NCBI GenBank assembly: GCA_964652615.1
Contig: CAZZAT010000001.1
Location: 8,070-72,069, forward strand
From: an uncultured Candidatus Saccharibacteria bacterium
Lineage (GTDB): Bacteria > Patescibacteriota > Minisyncoccia > Phycocordibacterales > Phycocordibacteraceae
Direction of reading: 5' to 3'
Length of the DNA: 64,000 nt
A program made the position numbers and the translations under genes. The notes under the pieces were generated by a model. It had not been told where the DNA came from, made no database searches, and saw only the letters and a program-made list of their open reading frames with translations. Positions 57,001 through 64,000 of this stretch are shown one piece after another. Position 1 is the stretch's first letter; every line of letters begins with the position of its first letter.

Positions 57001-57303
57001 CTACCATTTCCACTTGCTCACAAAGCGTCCACTGAAAGCACGCATATTTTCTGCGGCAAACAGTTCTTGTAGGACACCACCCATTTCAAGCAGCGTCTTT
57101 TTGTCTCCTGCAAGTCGCTTCTCGGTTGCGTAGTTTATCGCGTGCGTTCGTGCCGTCTGCATTATCTTCTCGGCCGAGAAAACATTCGGAAGTGTCTGGC
57201 GCGCATGAAATGCTCTTGCGAGCATGCGATAGAGGCGCTTTTTGTCTTCAGGAAGCCTGGTAACTTCTTGCACTGGCCCATCAAGCTGGGTGATTTCACT
57301 CAT
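57001..57303 (-). CDS. Small helical hypothetical protein, tandem paralog B (100 aa, ends SKWKW)
   Basis: C-terminal halves align (...MGDVIGRLFSSKDENEFKELLAREWHW versus ...MGGVLQELFAAENMRAFSGRFVSKWKW). Confidence 0.4.
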   Translation of the reverse strand: MSEITQLDGPVQEVTRLPEDKKRLYRMLARAFHARQTLPNVFSAEKIMQTARTHAINYATEKRLAGDKKTLLEMGGVLQELFAAENMRAFSGRFVSKWKW

Positions 57304-57342
57304 TCGTACTACTCCACTAGTCCACCGGCCACCCTAGCACAC

Positions 57343-57939
57343 TTAGCGCGTATTCGCTTCCATTGTCGCTTTCTCGATGCCATCGGTTATAAACAGTCTT
57401 GATGCTTCTACGGCTTTCTTCAAGGTCTTCTTTAGAGTTGCTTCTTCTGCAGGTTTGAATTTGCCGACAACATGCTTGTTTACCTTCTCCTCTCCGTGCG
57501 GCTTTTTTGCTTGGTGCTTCTTGCCCGCTCCCGATATGCCGATGCGCAGCCGTGCAAAGTCCTTGGTCTTTATGGCGCGCATCACGCTCTCCACGCCCTT
57601 ATGTCCTCCGGAGTTTCTTCCGAACACCATCTTCATGGCGCCAAGCGGAATATCAAGTTCGTCCTGAACGACAAGCATGTCTTTTGCGGCTTTCACGCTT
57701 TTTACGAAAGGAGGAATGGACTTTCCTGATTTATTCATATACGTCTCGGGAAGAATGAGTACTACCTTCTCTCCGCCTATTCTTCCTTCGCTTATGAGCG
57801 CTTGCGCTTTCTTATGCTCTGTGAACTCGGGGAAGCCTTCGTCTTTTGCAAGCTTCTCGACAACCATGCGCCCCGCGTTATGTCGCGTCTTTTCGTATTC
57901 CTTCCCAGGGTTTCCAAGTCCAACGATGACGTATGCCAT
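57343..57939 (-). CDS. pth: Peptidyl-tRNA hydrolase
   Basis: MAYVIVGLGNPGKEYEKTRHNAG... and the catalytic His region. Confidence 0.8.
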   Translation of the reverse strand: MAYVIVGLGNPGKEYEKTRHNAGRMVVEKLAKDEGFPEFTEHKKAQALISEGRIGGEKVVLILPETYMNKSGKSIPPFVKSVKAAKDMLVVQDELDIPLGAMKMVFGRNSGGHKGVESVMRAIKTKDFARLRIGISGAGKKHQAKKPHGEEKVNKHVVGKFKPAEEATLKKTLKKAVEASRLFITDGIEKATMEANTR

Positions 57940-58235
57940 GGGAGCATAGTACCAGAGGATATGTAATGTTGGTCTTTCAAACCAACAGAAATTCCTACGG
58001 TAGCCCCCGGTCTTCCAAGTTCGCGCCAGCGACTAGAACGTTACTAATCGCACCTTGCGTGCATAAAACATGTCACAAGGCTAGGAGGTAGCTTGAAGCC
58101 TAGGGGCTTTCGTAGAGATTTCTGTTTCTCTAAAACCCTTCTGGCTTGAATTATAACCCAACTATCTTCCACAACAAGCTACTTATGTAACTTACCTATT
58201 TGACTCGCAGAAAATCAGGAATACAATACTCCTCA

Positions 58236-58775
58236 ATGAAAGTACTCAAGGAGATTCTTTGGCTCGTTCTCCTCGCAGTACTTGTTGTCGTCCCTATTCG
58301 CATATTCATAGCGCAGCCCTTCGTTGTTGAAGGGCTTTCTATGTACCCAACCTTTGAGGACGGCGACTACCTCATCATTGATGAACTCTCCTATCGCTTT
58401 GAGGAGCCAGTGCGTGGTGATGTTGTTGTCTTCCGCTATCCTGGGAACCCTTCTATCTTCTACATTAAGCGCGTTATCGGCCTTCCAGGAGAAACCGTGC
58501 GTATAGAGCGGGGACAGGTGTCAGTGACGCGCGTGGATGGCACCTCGCTCACACTTGAAGAACCGTATGTTGTTGCTGAAGACGCAACCTATTCTGGCGT
58601 TGCAACACTTGGCGCAGGCCAGTACTTCGTCATGGGCGACAATCGTCCAAAAAGCTCCGACTCGCGCGTCTGGGGCGTGCTTCCAAAACAAGACATTATG
58701 GGTAAAGCATTCTTGCGCCTTCTTCCAGGAGAAGATGCAGGCTTTTCTCCTGGCGCCTACGCACTTCCACAATGA
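58236..58775 (+). CDS. lepB: Signal peptidase I
   Basis: TM anchor, catalytic Ser box EGLSMYPTF, Lys box YIKRVIGLPGE, and the GDNRPKSSDSR box. Confidence 0.8.
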   Translation: MKVLKEILWLVLLAVLVVVPIRIFIAQPFVVEGLSMYPTFEDGDYLIIDELSYRFEEPVRGDVVVFRYPGNPSIFYIKRVIGLPGETVRIERGQVSVTRVDGTSLTLEEPYVVAEDATYSGVATLGAGQYFVMGDNRPKSSDSRVWGVLPKQDIMGKAFLRLLPGEDAGFSPGAYALPQ

Positions 58776-59908
58776 TTTCCTCGCTTGAACCGTCAGATAT
58801 ATTGCGTCGTGCACATCTTGTCGGCACCTACTACGGCTTCACGCCCTTTAGCGCTGCTGCACAGAAGAAAGAAAAGACCGGAAAAAACAGCTACCCTGAT
58901 TCCCTTCCTTTTGATGCGCTTGATGCGGACGCGCGCGAAGTAGCAGGCTTTCTGAAGCGTGTCTCGTCTGCAGGCTTTACTCCTTCTCAAGGCGCTCCGC
59001 TCTTTTTCTGGCACTCAAATGCAGCTCCTGGACGCCCTGCGCCAAAACAGCTCGTCATACAATTCCATGCGATAGGTGCAGACCGCGCTATTGCAGACGC
59101 CGTGCTTATTCGTGCCGTACGCTCTTTCGCTGCAGATGTGAGCAAAGCAGAGCCTTCAGTGCACCTGAATTCGATGGGCGATAAAGAGACGCGTGCACGC
59201 CTTGTGCGCGAGCTTGGCTCGTTCTTTCGCAAGCGCGCGGGCGTACTTCCGCCAGACGCTGTGGAGCTTGCTAAAAAAGACGTGCTCGCAGCAGCAGAAA
59301 TGCTCGTGAGCATGAAAGGACATGGTATCCCTTCTTCAACTGATCATCTTTCAGAAGCAAGCCGCAAGCATTTTGAAACGCTTTTGGAATACCTTGAGGC
59401 GACTGACACGCCCTACGAGCTCTCGCCAGACATCATGAGCAAGGCAAATGCCTGGAATGAGACCTGCTTTGAGATACGGCTTGATGATGAGGTGCAGATA
59501 TGGGGCTCCCGCTATCACGAGCTTGCACGCCATTTCTGGAAAGGTGCGCCTTCCTCTATCGGTGCTGTTATTCGCATCAGCACTGCCTCAAAGAGCGTTG
59601 TACCTCCGGCAAAAAAACATACCGCTCCCCGCTTTGTGTTTGTGCATATAGGGGAAGAGGCAAAGCGCGCTTCCATTCGTATGGCTGATACGCTTCGCCA
59701 TGCCCGCATCCCGCTTACCCAAGTGCTTGGCGTCGAATCCCTTTCAGAACAAATGCGCCTTGCAGATGAACTAAATCCCCGCTTCCTCCTTATCATGGGC
59801 CGCAAAGAAGCGCTTGAGCAGTCGGTCATTTTACGAGAGCGCGCTACTCATGCCGAGACGTTTATTCCTTTCGATTCGCTGGTAGATCAGCTGAAGGCGG
59901 TTGCATAG
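58772..59908 (+). CDS. Histidyl-tRNA synthetase-like protein (divergent HisRS/HisZ family)
   Basis: A degenerate class II motif 2-like segment GRPAPKQLVIQFHAIG resembles the HisRS GRYRQFHQLG. The C-terminal FLLIMGRKEALEQSVILRE resembles the HisRS anticodon-binding domain. No FRYE motif. Confidence 0.45.
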   Translation: MISSLEPSDILRRAHLVGTYYGFTPFSAAAQKKEKTGKNSYPDSLPFDALDADAREVAGFLKRVSSAGFTPSQGAPLFFWHSNAAPGRPAPKQLVIQFHAIGADRAIADAVLIRAVRSFAADVSKAEPSVHLNSMGDKETRARLVRELGSFFRKRAGVLPPDAVELAKKDVLAAAEMLVSMKGHGIPSSTDHLSEASRKHFETLLEYLEATDTPYELSPDIMSKANAWNETCFEIRLDDEVQIWGSRYHELARHFWKGAPSSIGAVIRISTASKSVVPPAKKHTAPRFVFVHIGEEAKRASIRMADTLRHARIPLTQVLGVESLSEQMRLADELNPRFLLIMGRKEALEQSVILRERATHAETFIPFDSLVDQLKAVA

Positions 59909-59955
59909 GCGCATCCTTTACAGAGAAACTGCCTTTGTGCTACAGTACGGCCTAC

Positions 59956-60216
59956 ATGCAAAAAGCAGTCCGCGTAGAAGTTTCTAGGGGGAAGAACGAA
60001 AGCGCTACCTCCCTTATCCGCCGTTTCTCCCGCCGCGCGCAGGGCCTTAACCTCGTGCGCATGATGCGCAAGAAGCGCTACTATGAGCGCATCAAGTCAA
60101 AGAACGTCTACCACAAGCGCGCCCTTATCCGCGGCGAACGTATCAGACAGTTCAATGAAGATGTGAAGCTTGGGAAGATTGATTTGTCCGCGCCTAAGAA
60201 GAAGGGCCGCAAATAG
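59956..60216 (+). CDS. rpsU: 30S ribosomal protein S21
   Basis: Basic 86 aa protein MQKAVRVEVSRGKNESATSLIRRFSRRAQGLNLVRMMRKKRYYERIKSK... with the bS21 pattern. Confidence 0.65.
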   Translation: MQKAVRVEVSRGKNESATSLIRRFSRRAQGLNLVRMMRKKRYYERIKSKNVYHKRALIRGERIRQFNEDVKLGKIDLSAPKKKGRK

Positions 60217-60220
60217 CGAG

Positions 60221-60700
60221 ATGGCGAGCGTAGATATACGAAACATGACGAGGCGCACTGCGCCTCGTTTCGCCTATGCCTCTATCGCAGAAGAGGTTTT
60301 GAAGGGTTGGGATATTTCTCTAGTGTTTGTCGGGGCACGACGTGCAAAGGCACTTAATCAGACACTTCGTGGCAAAGACTATGTGCCAAATGTCTTGTCA
60401 TACGAGTCAGGAGAGAAATCAGGAGAGATTATTATCTGCATCGACCGCTTGAAACAAGAAGCTCCAGCCTTCACTCTCTCTCCTTCACACTACTGCCTCT
60501 ATTTATTTATCCACGGTCTCCTGCATTTGAAAGGACACCCTCACGGGACTACAATGGATAGGATGGAGCGGGTACTTATGGCCCGGCATGCTCCTGTTAC
60601 TACAAAGAATGAAACGACGCATAGCGACCGGCATCGACATCGGAACGCACCAGACGAAAGTCGTGGTGGTCGAAGAGGTGCGCGAAAAAGGGGGCGCTAG
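60221..60700 (+). CDS. ybeY: Endoribonuclease YbeY (rRNA maturation factor)
   Basis: Zinc-binding motif IHGLLHLKGHPHG (HxxxHxxGxxH); C-terminal overlap with the ftsA start. Confidence 0.75.
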   Translation: MASVDIRNMTRRTAPRFAYASIAEEVLKGWDISLVFVGARRAKALNQTLRGKDYVPNVLSYESGEKSGEIIICIDRLKQEAPAFTLSPSHYCLYLFIHGLLHLKGHPHGTTMDRMERVLMARHAPVTTKNETTHSDRHRHRNAPDESRGGRRGARKRGR

Positions 60701-61775
60701 CCTTAAAATACTCGCAACCGGTCTTGCTCCCTCGACCGGCATGCGCCACGGATATGTGGTTGATGCTGAAGACGTTGCCGCAGGCGTGCGCCTTGCAAAG
60801 CGGCAAGCAGAGAGTATCGCCCGCGTTCCTATACAAACCGCCTTTCTTGCTATTGGCGGTATTTCGCTTGATGAGGTGCGTGCTTCGGGAGCTGCCATGG
60901 TAACGCGCGCAGACGGGGAAATTACCGAGCTTGATACCGAAAAGACACTTGAGAGCGCACGGCTTTCCGCAAAAGGCCAATTCACCAACCGCCGTATTCT
61001 CCATGAAATACCGCTTGCATACCGCATAGACGGCGAGAAGTCATTTGGAGAGCCCTACGGCCTTAAGGGTGCGCGGCTTGAGGTTGATTATCTTTTCATA
61101 ACAACGCTTGCACAACACGCAGACTCTTTGGTTGAAGCGTGCGAAGCCGCTGACGTCGACATCATTGACTGCATGGCTTCTCCCCTTGCTGGTTCCTATG
61201 TAACGCTCTCAAAGGACCAAAAGATGAAGGGGTGCGTACTTGCAAACATCGGTGCAGAGACGCTTTCGATAGTGGTGTACGACGAAAACATTCCTGTTTC
61301 CATGAAGGTCTTCCCTGCCGGCGGAGCAACGATTACCGACGAGCTCGCACTTGGCTTTCGCGTTTCCCTTGAAGACGCCGAGCGTATCAAGATGGGACGT
61401 CTTGGCGGGAGCGACTATCCTAAGAAAAAAGTAGACGACATTATTCATTCGCGCTTCCGCGCCATGTTCTCACTTGTAGGCGAGCACTTGAAGACGCTTG
61501 GGAAGAAAGGAAACCTCCCTGCCGGCATCATCCTTTCTGGAGGAGGCGCAGGCCAAGGGCAGGTTTCAGATATTGCACGCGGTACCCTTGCGCTCCCTTC
61601 CCGCATTGCAGACTTGCAAGTGCCCTCTGACGCAAAAATTCGCGATGCTACGTGGGCTGTTGCCTATGGCCTCGCTCTTTGGGGTTTGACCGGAGATACT
61701 GACACCCCTAAAAGCGACCGCTTTGCCTCGCACAAGAAGACGCTTCGCCGGTTTATACAGCAGTTTCTTCCTTAG
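60609..61775 (+). CDS. ftsA: Cell division protein FtsA
   Basis: Actin-fold phosphate-1 GIDIGTHQTKVVV, connect and phosphate-2 ILSGGGAG, adenosine motif. Confidence 0.8.
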   Translation: MKRRIATGIDIGTHQTKVVVVEEVREKGGASLKILATGLAPSTGMRHGYVVDAEDVAAGVRLAKRQAESIARVPIQTAFLAIGGISLDEVRASGAAMVTRADGEITELDTEKTLESARLSAKGQFTNRRILHEIPLAYRIDGEKSFGEPYGLKGARLEVDYLFITTLAQHADSLVEACEAADVDIIDCMASPLAGSYVTLSKDQKMKGCVLANIGAETLSIVVYDENIPVSMKVFPAGGATITDELALGFRVSLEDAERIKMGRLGGSDYPKKKVDDIIHSRFRAMFSLVGEHLKTLGKKGNLPAGIILSGGGAGQGQVSDIARGTLALPSRIADLQVPSDAKIRDATWAVAYGLALWGLTGDTDTPKSDRFASHKKTLRRFIQQFLP

Positions 61776-62158
61776 TCTGGAAGGGTAATTCCTGCGTGCG
61801 AAGCGAGTGCGGCTATCTGCCTATCATGGCGCTCGAGGTGTGCGGCACCCATACTGTTTTCAGTACGCAAATCACCTATAGCTCCTGCTATGCCATCAAG
61901 GGTGACTTCTATGCGCTTGACGACATCCTTTACCTCTCCCAGCTCTTCTTTTATCTCCCCCACTTCAACGGCAAGGTCTGCCAGATCCTCCTTTGTGGCA
62001 AAGGCTTTGAGGTCATCTTTGGTAGCGAAAGCCTTCAGATCATCTTTAGTGGCGAAAGCCTTAAGGTCGTCTTTTGTAGCAAAGACTTTAATGTCGTCCT
62101 TTGTTGCAAAGGTTCCTTTGAGCTTCTCTATGTCTACGTCCGTAATCATGGAAGGCAT
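61772..62158 (-). CDS. Hypothetical protein with five tandem 9-aa repeats (ATKDDLKAF), 128 aa
   Basis: Repeats FATKDDIKV/FATKDDLKA x3/FATKEDLAD are encoded by a 27 bp tandem DNA repeat; the C-terminal region is coiled-coil-like. Start at MPSMITD (62158). Lies between ftsA and ftsZ on the opposite strand. Confidence 0.4.
   Translation of the reverse strand: MPSMITDVDIEKLKGTFATKDDIKVFATKDDLKAFATKDDLKAFATKDDLKAFATKEDLADLAVEVGEIKEELGEVKDVVKRIEVTLDGIAGAIGDLRTENSMGAAHLERHDRQIAALASHAGITLPD
61995..62120. repeat. Five imperfect 27 bp tandem repeats (coding)
   Basis: Units: tggcaaaggctttgaggtcatctttgg / tagcgaaagccttcagatcatctttag / tggcgaaagccttaaggtcgtcttttg / tagcaaagactttaatgtcgtcctttg / partial fifth. 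Confidence 0.6.
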
Positions 62159-62361
62159 TCTATCATTTGGGCTATCCACACAAGGTACACAACTTTGTAT
62201 CCCTAAAAGACACCTCACGTCTTGTGTCAACGCTTTTCTGTGTTTTTCAGCTTTTTCTACGGACACGTTTCGCTTATCGGGTCAAGAATTGCGCTCAAGT
62301 CTGTGAGGAGTATCATAGAAAACGCTACTAATTATTTGCGTCAAATTTCACCCCCTTTCCT

Positions 62362-63591
62362 ATGAGTAAGCGCGTCGTTCCAGAAGTCGAGACATTCGCC
62401 CGAATACGGGTTGTGGGCTGCGGTGGTTCCGGAAACAACGCCATCAATCACATGATCAACTCCAAGGTGAAAGGGGTTGAATTCATCGCGGTGAACTCAG
62501 ACGCACAAGACCTCCACCGCTCTCTTGCAAAGCGCAAGGTGCATATCGGCAAGAATCTCACGCGCGGTCTTGGTACCGGCATGAATCCGGAACTCGGCAA
62601 GCGCGCAGCCGAAGAGACCCGCCAAGAAATACAAGAAGCGCTCCAGGGTTCTGACATGGTGTTCATCACTTGCGGTATGGGGGGCGGAACGGGTACTGGT
62701 TCTTCTGCGGTTGTTGCAAAGATTGCAAAGGAAGTAGGCGCACTCACCGTTGCTGTGGTAACGCGTCCGTTTGCGTTTGAAGGAGCGCAGCGCAAAGATA
62801 TCGCCGACCACGGTCTTATTGAACTGAAGAAAGAAGTAGACGCATATCTCATCATTCCAAACGATAAGCTTCTTGCGATTGTCGATCCTGGCACCTCTGC
62901 AAAGAATGCTTTCGCTCTTTCAGACGAAATACTGCGACAGGCAGTTGAGGGCGTTTCCGACATCATCACCACCCCTGGTGAAATCAACACTGACTTCAAC
63001 GATATTAAGGCGGTTGTAGAGGGCGCAGGCCCAGCACTTATGGGTATCGGTATCGCGGAAGGCGATAACCGCGCAAAAGAGGCTGCAATTGCCGCTATTA
63101 ACTCCCCGCTTCTCGATGTCTCTATTAACGGAGCGCGCGGCATCCTCTTTGTGGTTGCGGGCTCTGAAGACCTCGGTATCCTTGAAGTGCAGGAAGCAGC
63201 GAAGGTTATCGGAGAGACTGTCGACAAGAGCGCGAAAATCATCTTCGGTATCATGCGCGATGAGAAGCTCAAGAAGGGTCAAATCCGCATCATTGTTATC
63301 GCAACTGGCTTTCCTGAAAGCTCAATTGCAGGTGTAGCGGAAGCAAAGCCCATCGAGCGCTCTTCCCTCTTCTCGATGCCGTCCAAGGATCAGGAAGAGA
63401 CGCGCGGCAAGATATACAACGAAATAGCGAAAGCAAAGGAGGAGCCGGAAGAAGAGTCGAAGAAGGAAAAGCAGGAACCGGTTGTAACTGCGCCTTCAAG
63501 AAAGCAGGAAGCGCCGGTAAAGCCCCAGCCGGTTGAAGAAGAGGAGGGTTTTGGTGTGATTCCAAACTTCCTTCGAAGGAATAAGAAATAG
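62362..63591 (+). CDS. ftsZ: Cell division protein FtsZ
   Basis: GCGGSGNNAINHM, tubulin signature GGGTGTG, and T7 loop NDKLL region; C-terminal acidic/basic tail. Confidence 0.9.
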   Translation: MSKRVVPEVETFARIRVVGCGGSGNNAINHMINSKVKGVEFIAVNSDAQDLHRSLAKRKVHIGKNLTRGLGTGMNPELGKRAAEETRQEIQEALQGSDMVFITCGMGGGTGTGSSAVVAKIAKEVGALTVAVVTRPFAFEGAQRKDIADHGLIELKKEVDAYLIIPNDKLLAIVDPGTSAKNAFALSDEILRQAVEGVSDIITTPGEINTDFNDIKAVVEGAGPALMGIGIAEGDNRAKEAAIAAINSPLLDVSINGARGILFVVAGSEDLGILEVQEAAKVIGETVDKSAKIIFGIMRDEKLKKGQIRIIVIATGFPESSIAGVAEAKPIERSSLFSMPSKDQEETRGKIYNEIAKAKEEPEEESKKEKQEPVVTAPSRKQEAPVKPQPVEEEEGFGVIPNFLRRNKK

Positions 63592-63597
63592 TGTAGA

Positions 63598-63630
63598 GAA
63601 AGCCGCCCTCGAGCGGCTTTCTTCTTGGTG
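63598..63630 (+). terminator. Intrinsic terminator after ftsZ
   Basis: GAAAGCCGC-CCTCGA-GCGGCTTTC followed by TTCTTGG. Confidence 0.5.
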
Positions 63631-63647
63631 CGGTATACTACTGCTTC

Positions 63648-64000
63648 ATGAAAGATCTCATCATTATCGGCGGAGGACCAGCAGGTATTGCAGCAGGCGT
63701 ATACGCAGCGCGAAAGCGCCTCAAGACAACACTCATTGCAGAAGAAGTGGGTGGGCAATCCACCGTGTCAGAAGGAATAGAAAACTGGATTGGTACGGTA
63801 AAAATTCCAGGACCTGAACTTGCAAAAAGCTTTAAGGAACATTTGGATGCGTACAAAGGAGACGTAGTTGAAACGGTTATTGGGGAGCGTGTGAGCGCGC
63901 TTGAAAGGATAGAGGGAGGGTTTCGCGCGACAGTAGCTGGAAAGACGTATGAGGGCCGCGCTGTCCTTATCGCTACGGGTGCAGGCCGCAGAAAGCTTGA
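63648..64000 (+). CDS. trxB: Thioredoxin-disulfide reductase-like flavoprotein (partial; continues beyond the right edge)
   Basis: FAD-binding MKDLIIIGGGPAGIAAGVYAARKRL...GGQ... The frame is open to the window end, so it is absent from the ORF track. Confidence 0.6.
   Translation, partial: MKDLIIIGGGPAGIAAGVYAARKRLKTTLIAEEVGGQSTVSEGIENWIGTVKIPGPELAKSFKEHLDAYKGDVVETVIGERVSALERIEGGFRATVAGKTYEGRAVLIATGAGRRKL

Overview
This 64 kb window looks like a reduced-genome, CPR/Patescibacteria-like bacterium, about 55% GC. Dense housekeeping genes are interleaved with many small secreted or two-TM proteins. Supporting traits are a short dnaX, a short G-domain-only infB, several tRNAs without encoded CCA, a LAGLIDADG endonuclease and an array of pilin-like small proteins. 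Recognisable genes include gmk, uvrB, tgt, an FKBP PPIase, dnaX, dus, serS, dprA, topA, relA/spoT, parB, pyrE, pyrF, miaA, rpmG, clpB, a cysteine desulfurase, infB, rbfA, gyrA, rpsA, pth, lepB, a HisRS-like gene, rpsU, ybeY, ftsA, ftsZ and a partial trxB. I read seven tRNAs by eye: Gln-UUG, Leu-CAA, Trp-CCA, Cys-GCA, Leu-UAA, Lys-CUU and Leu-UAG. Three genes the ORF track misses are rpmG (51 aa), a partial histidine kinase at the left edge and a partial trxB at the right edge. The strongest unexplained signal is a ~25-30 nt motif, consensus GCTGGCTGTCTGGGACGATGTTGGAACC, found five times in intergenic DNA. A related 26 bp box, GTCAATTCCGTTCGAATAGCGTCCCA, occurs twice upstream of two unknown genes beside tRNA-Trp. 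Together these suggest a small regulon of hypothetical proteins, a ~430 nt candidate structured RNA and a HEPN-motif gene. Other accessory content includes a VirD4/TraG-like ATPase with a novel ~450 aa N-terminal half, next to a PIF1 helicase and a DUF360 holin-like protein. A six-gene array of small two-TM pilin-like proteins has a distant 392 aa relative fused to a (Thr-Gly)7 linker and a Cys-rich domain. A LAGLIDADG gene abuts tRNA-Leu(CAA) and its reading frame runs back into the tRNA. A 9-aa-repeat protein sits between ftsA and ftsZ. A ~900 bp GC-rich non-coding region with strong hairpin terminators lies upstream of rpsA. All calls come from reading the sequence and the supplied ORF translations, with no database searches; motif-based domain names are inferences.
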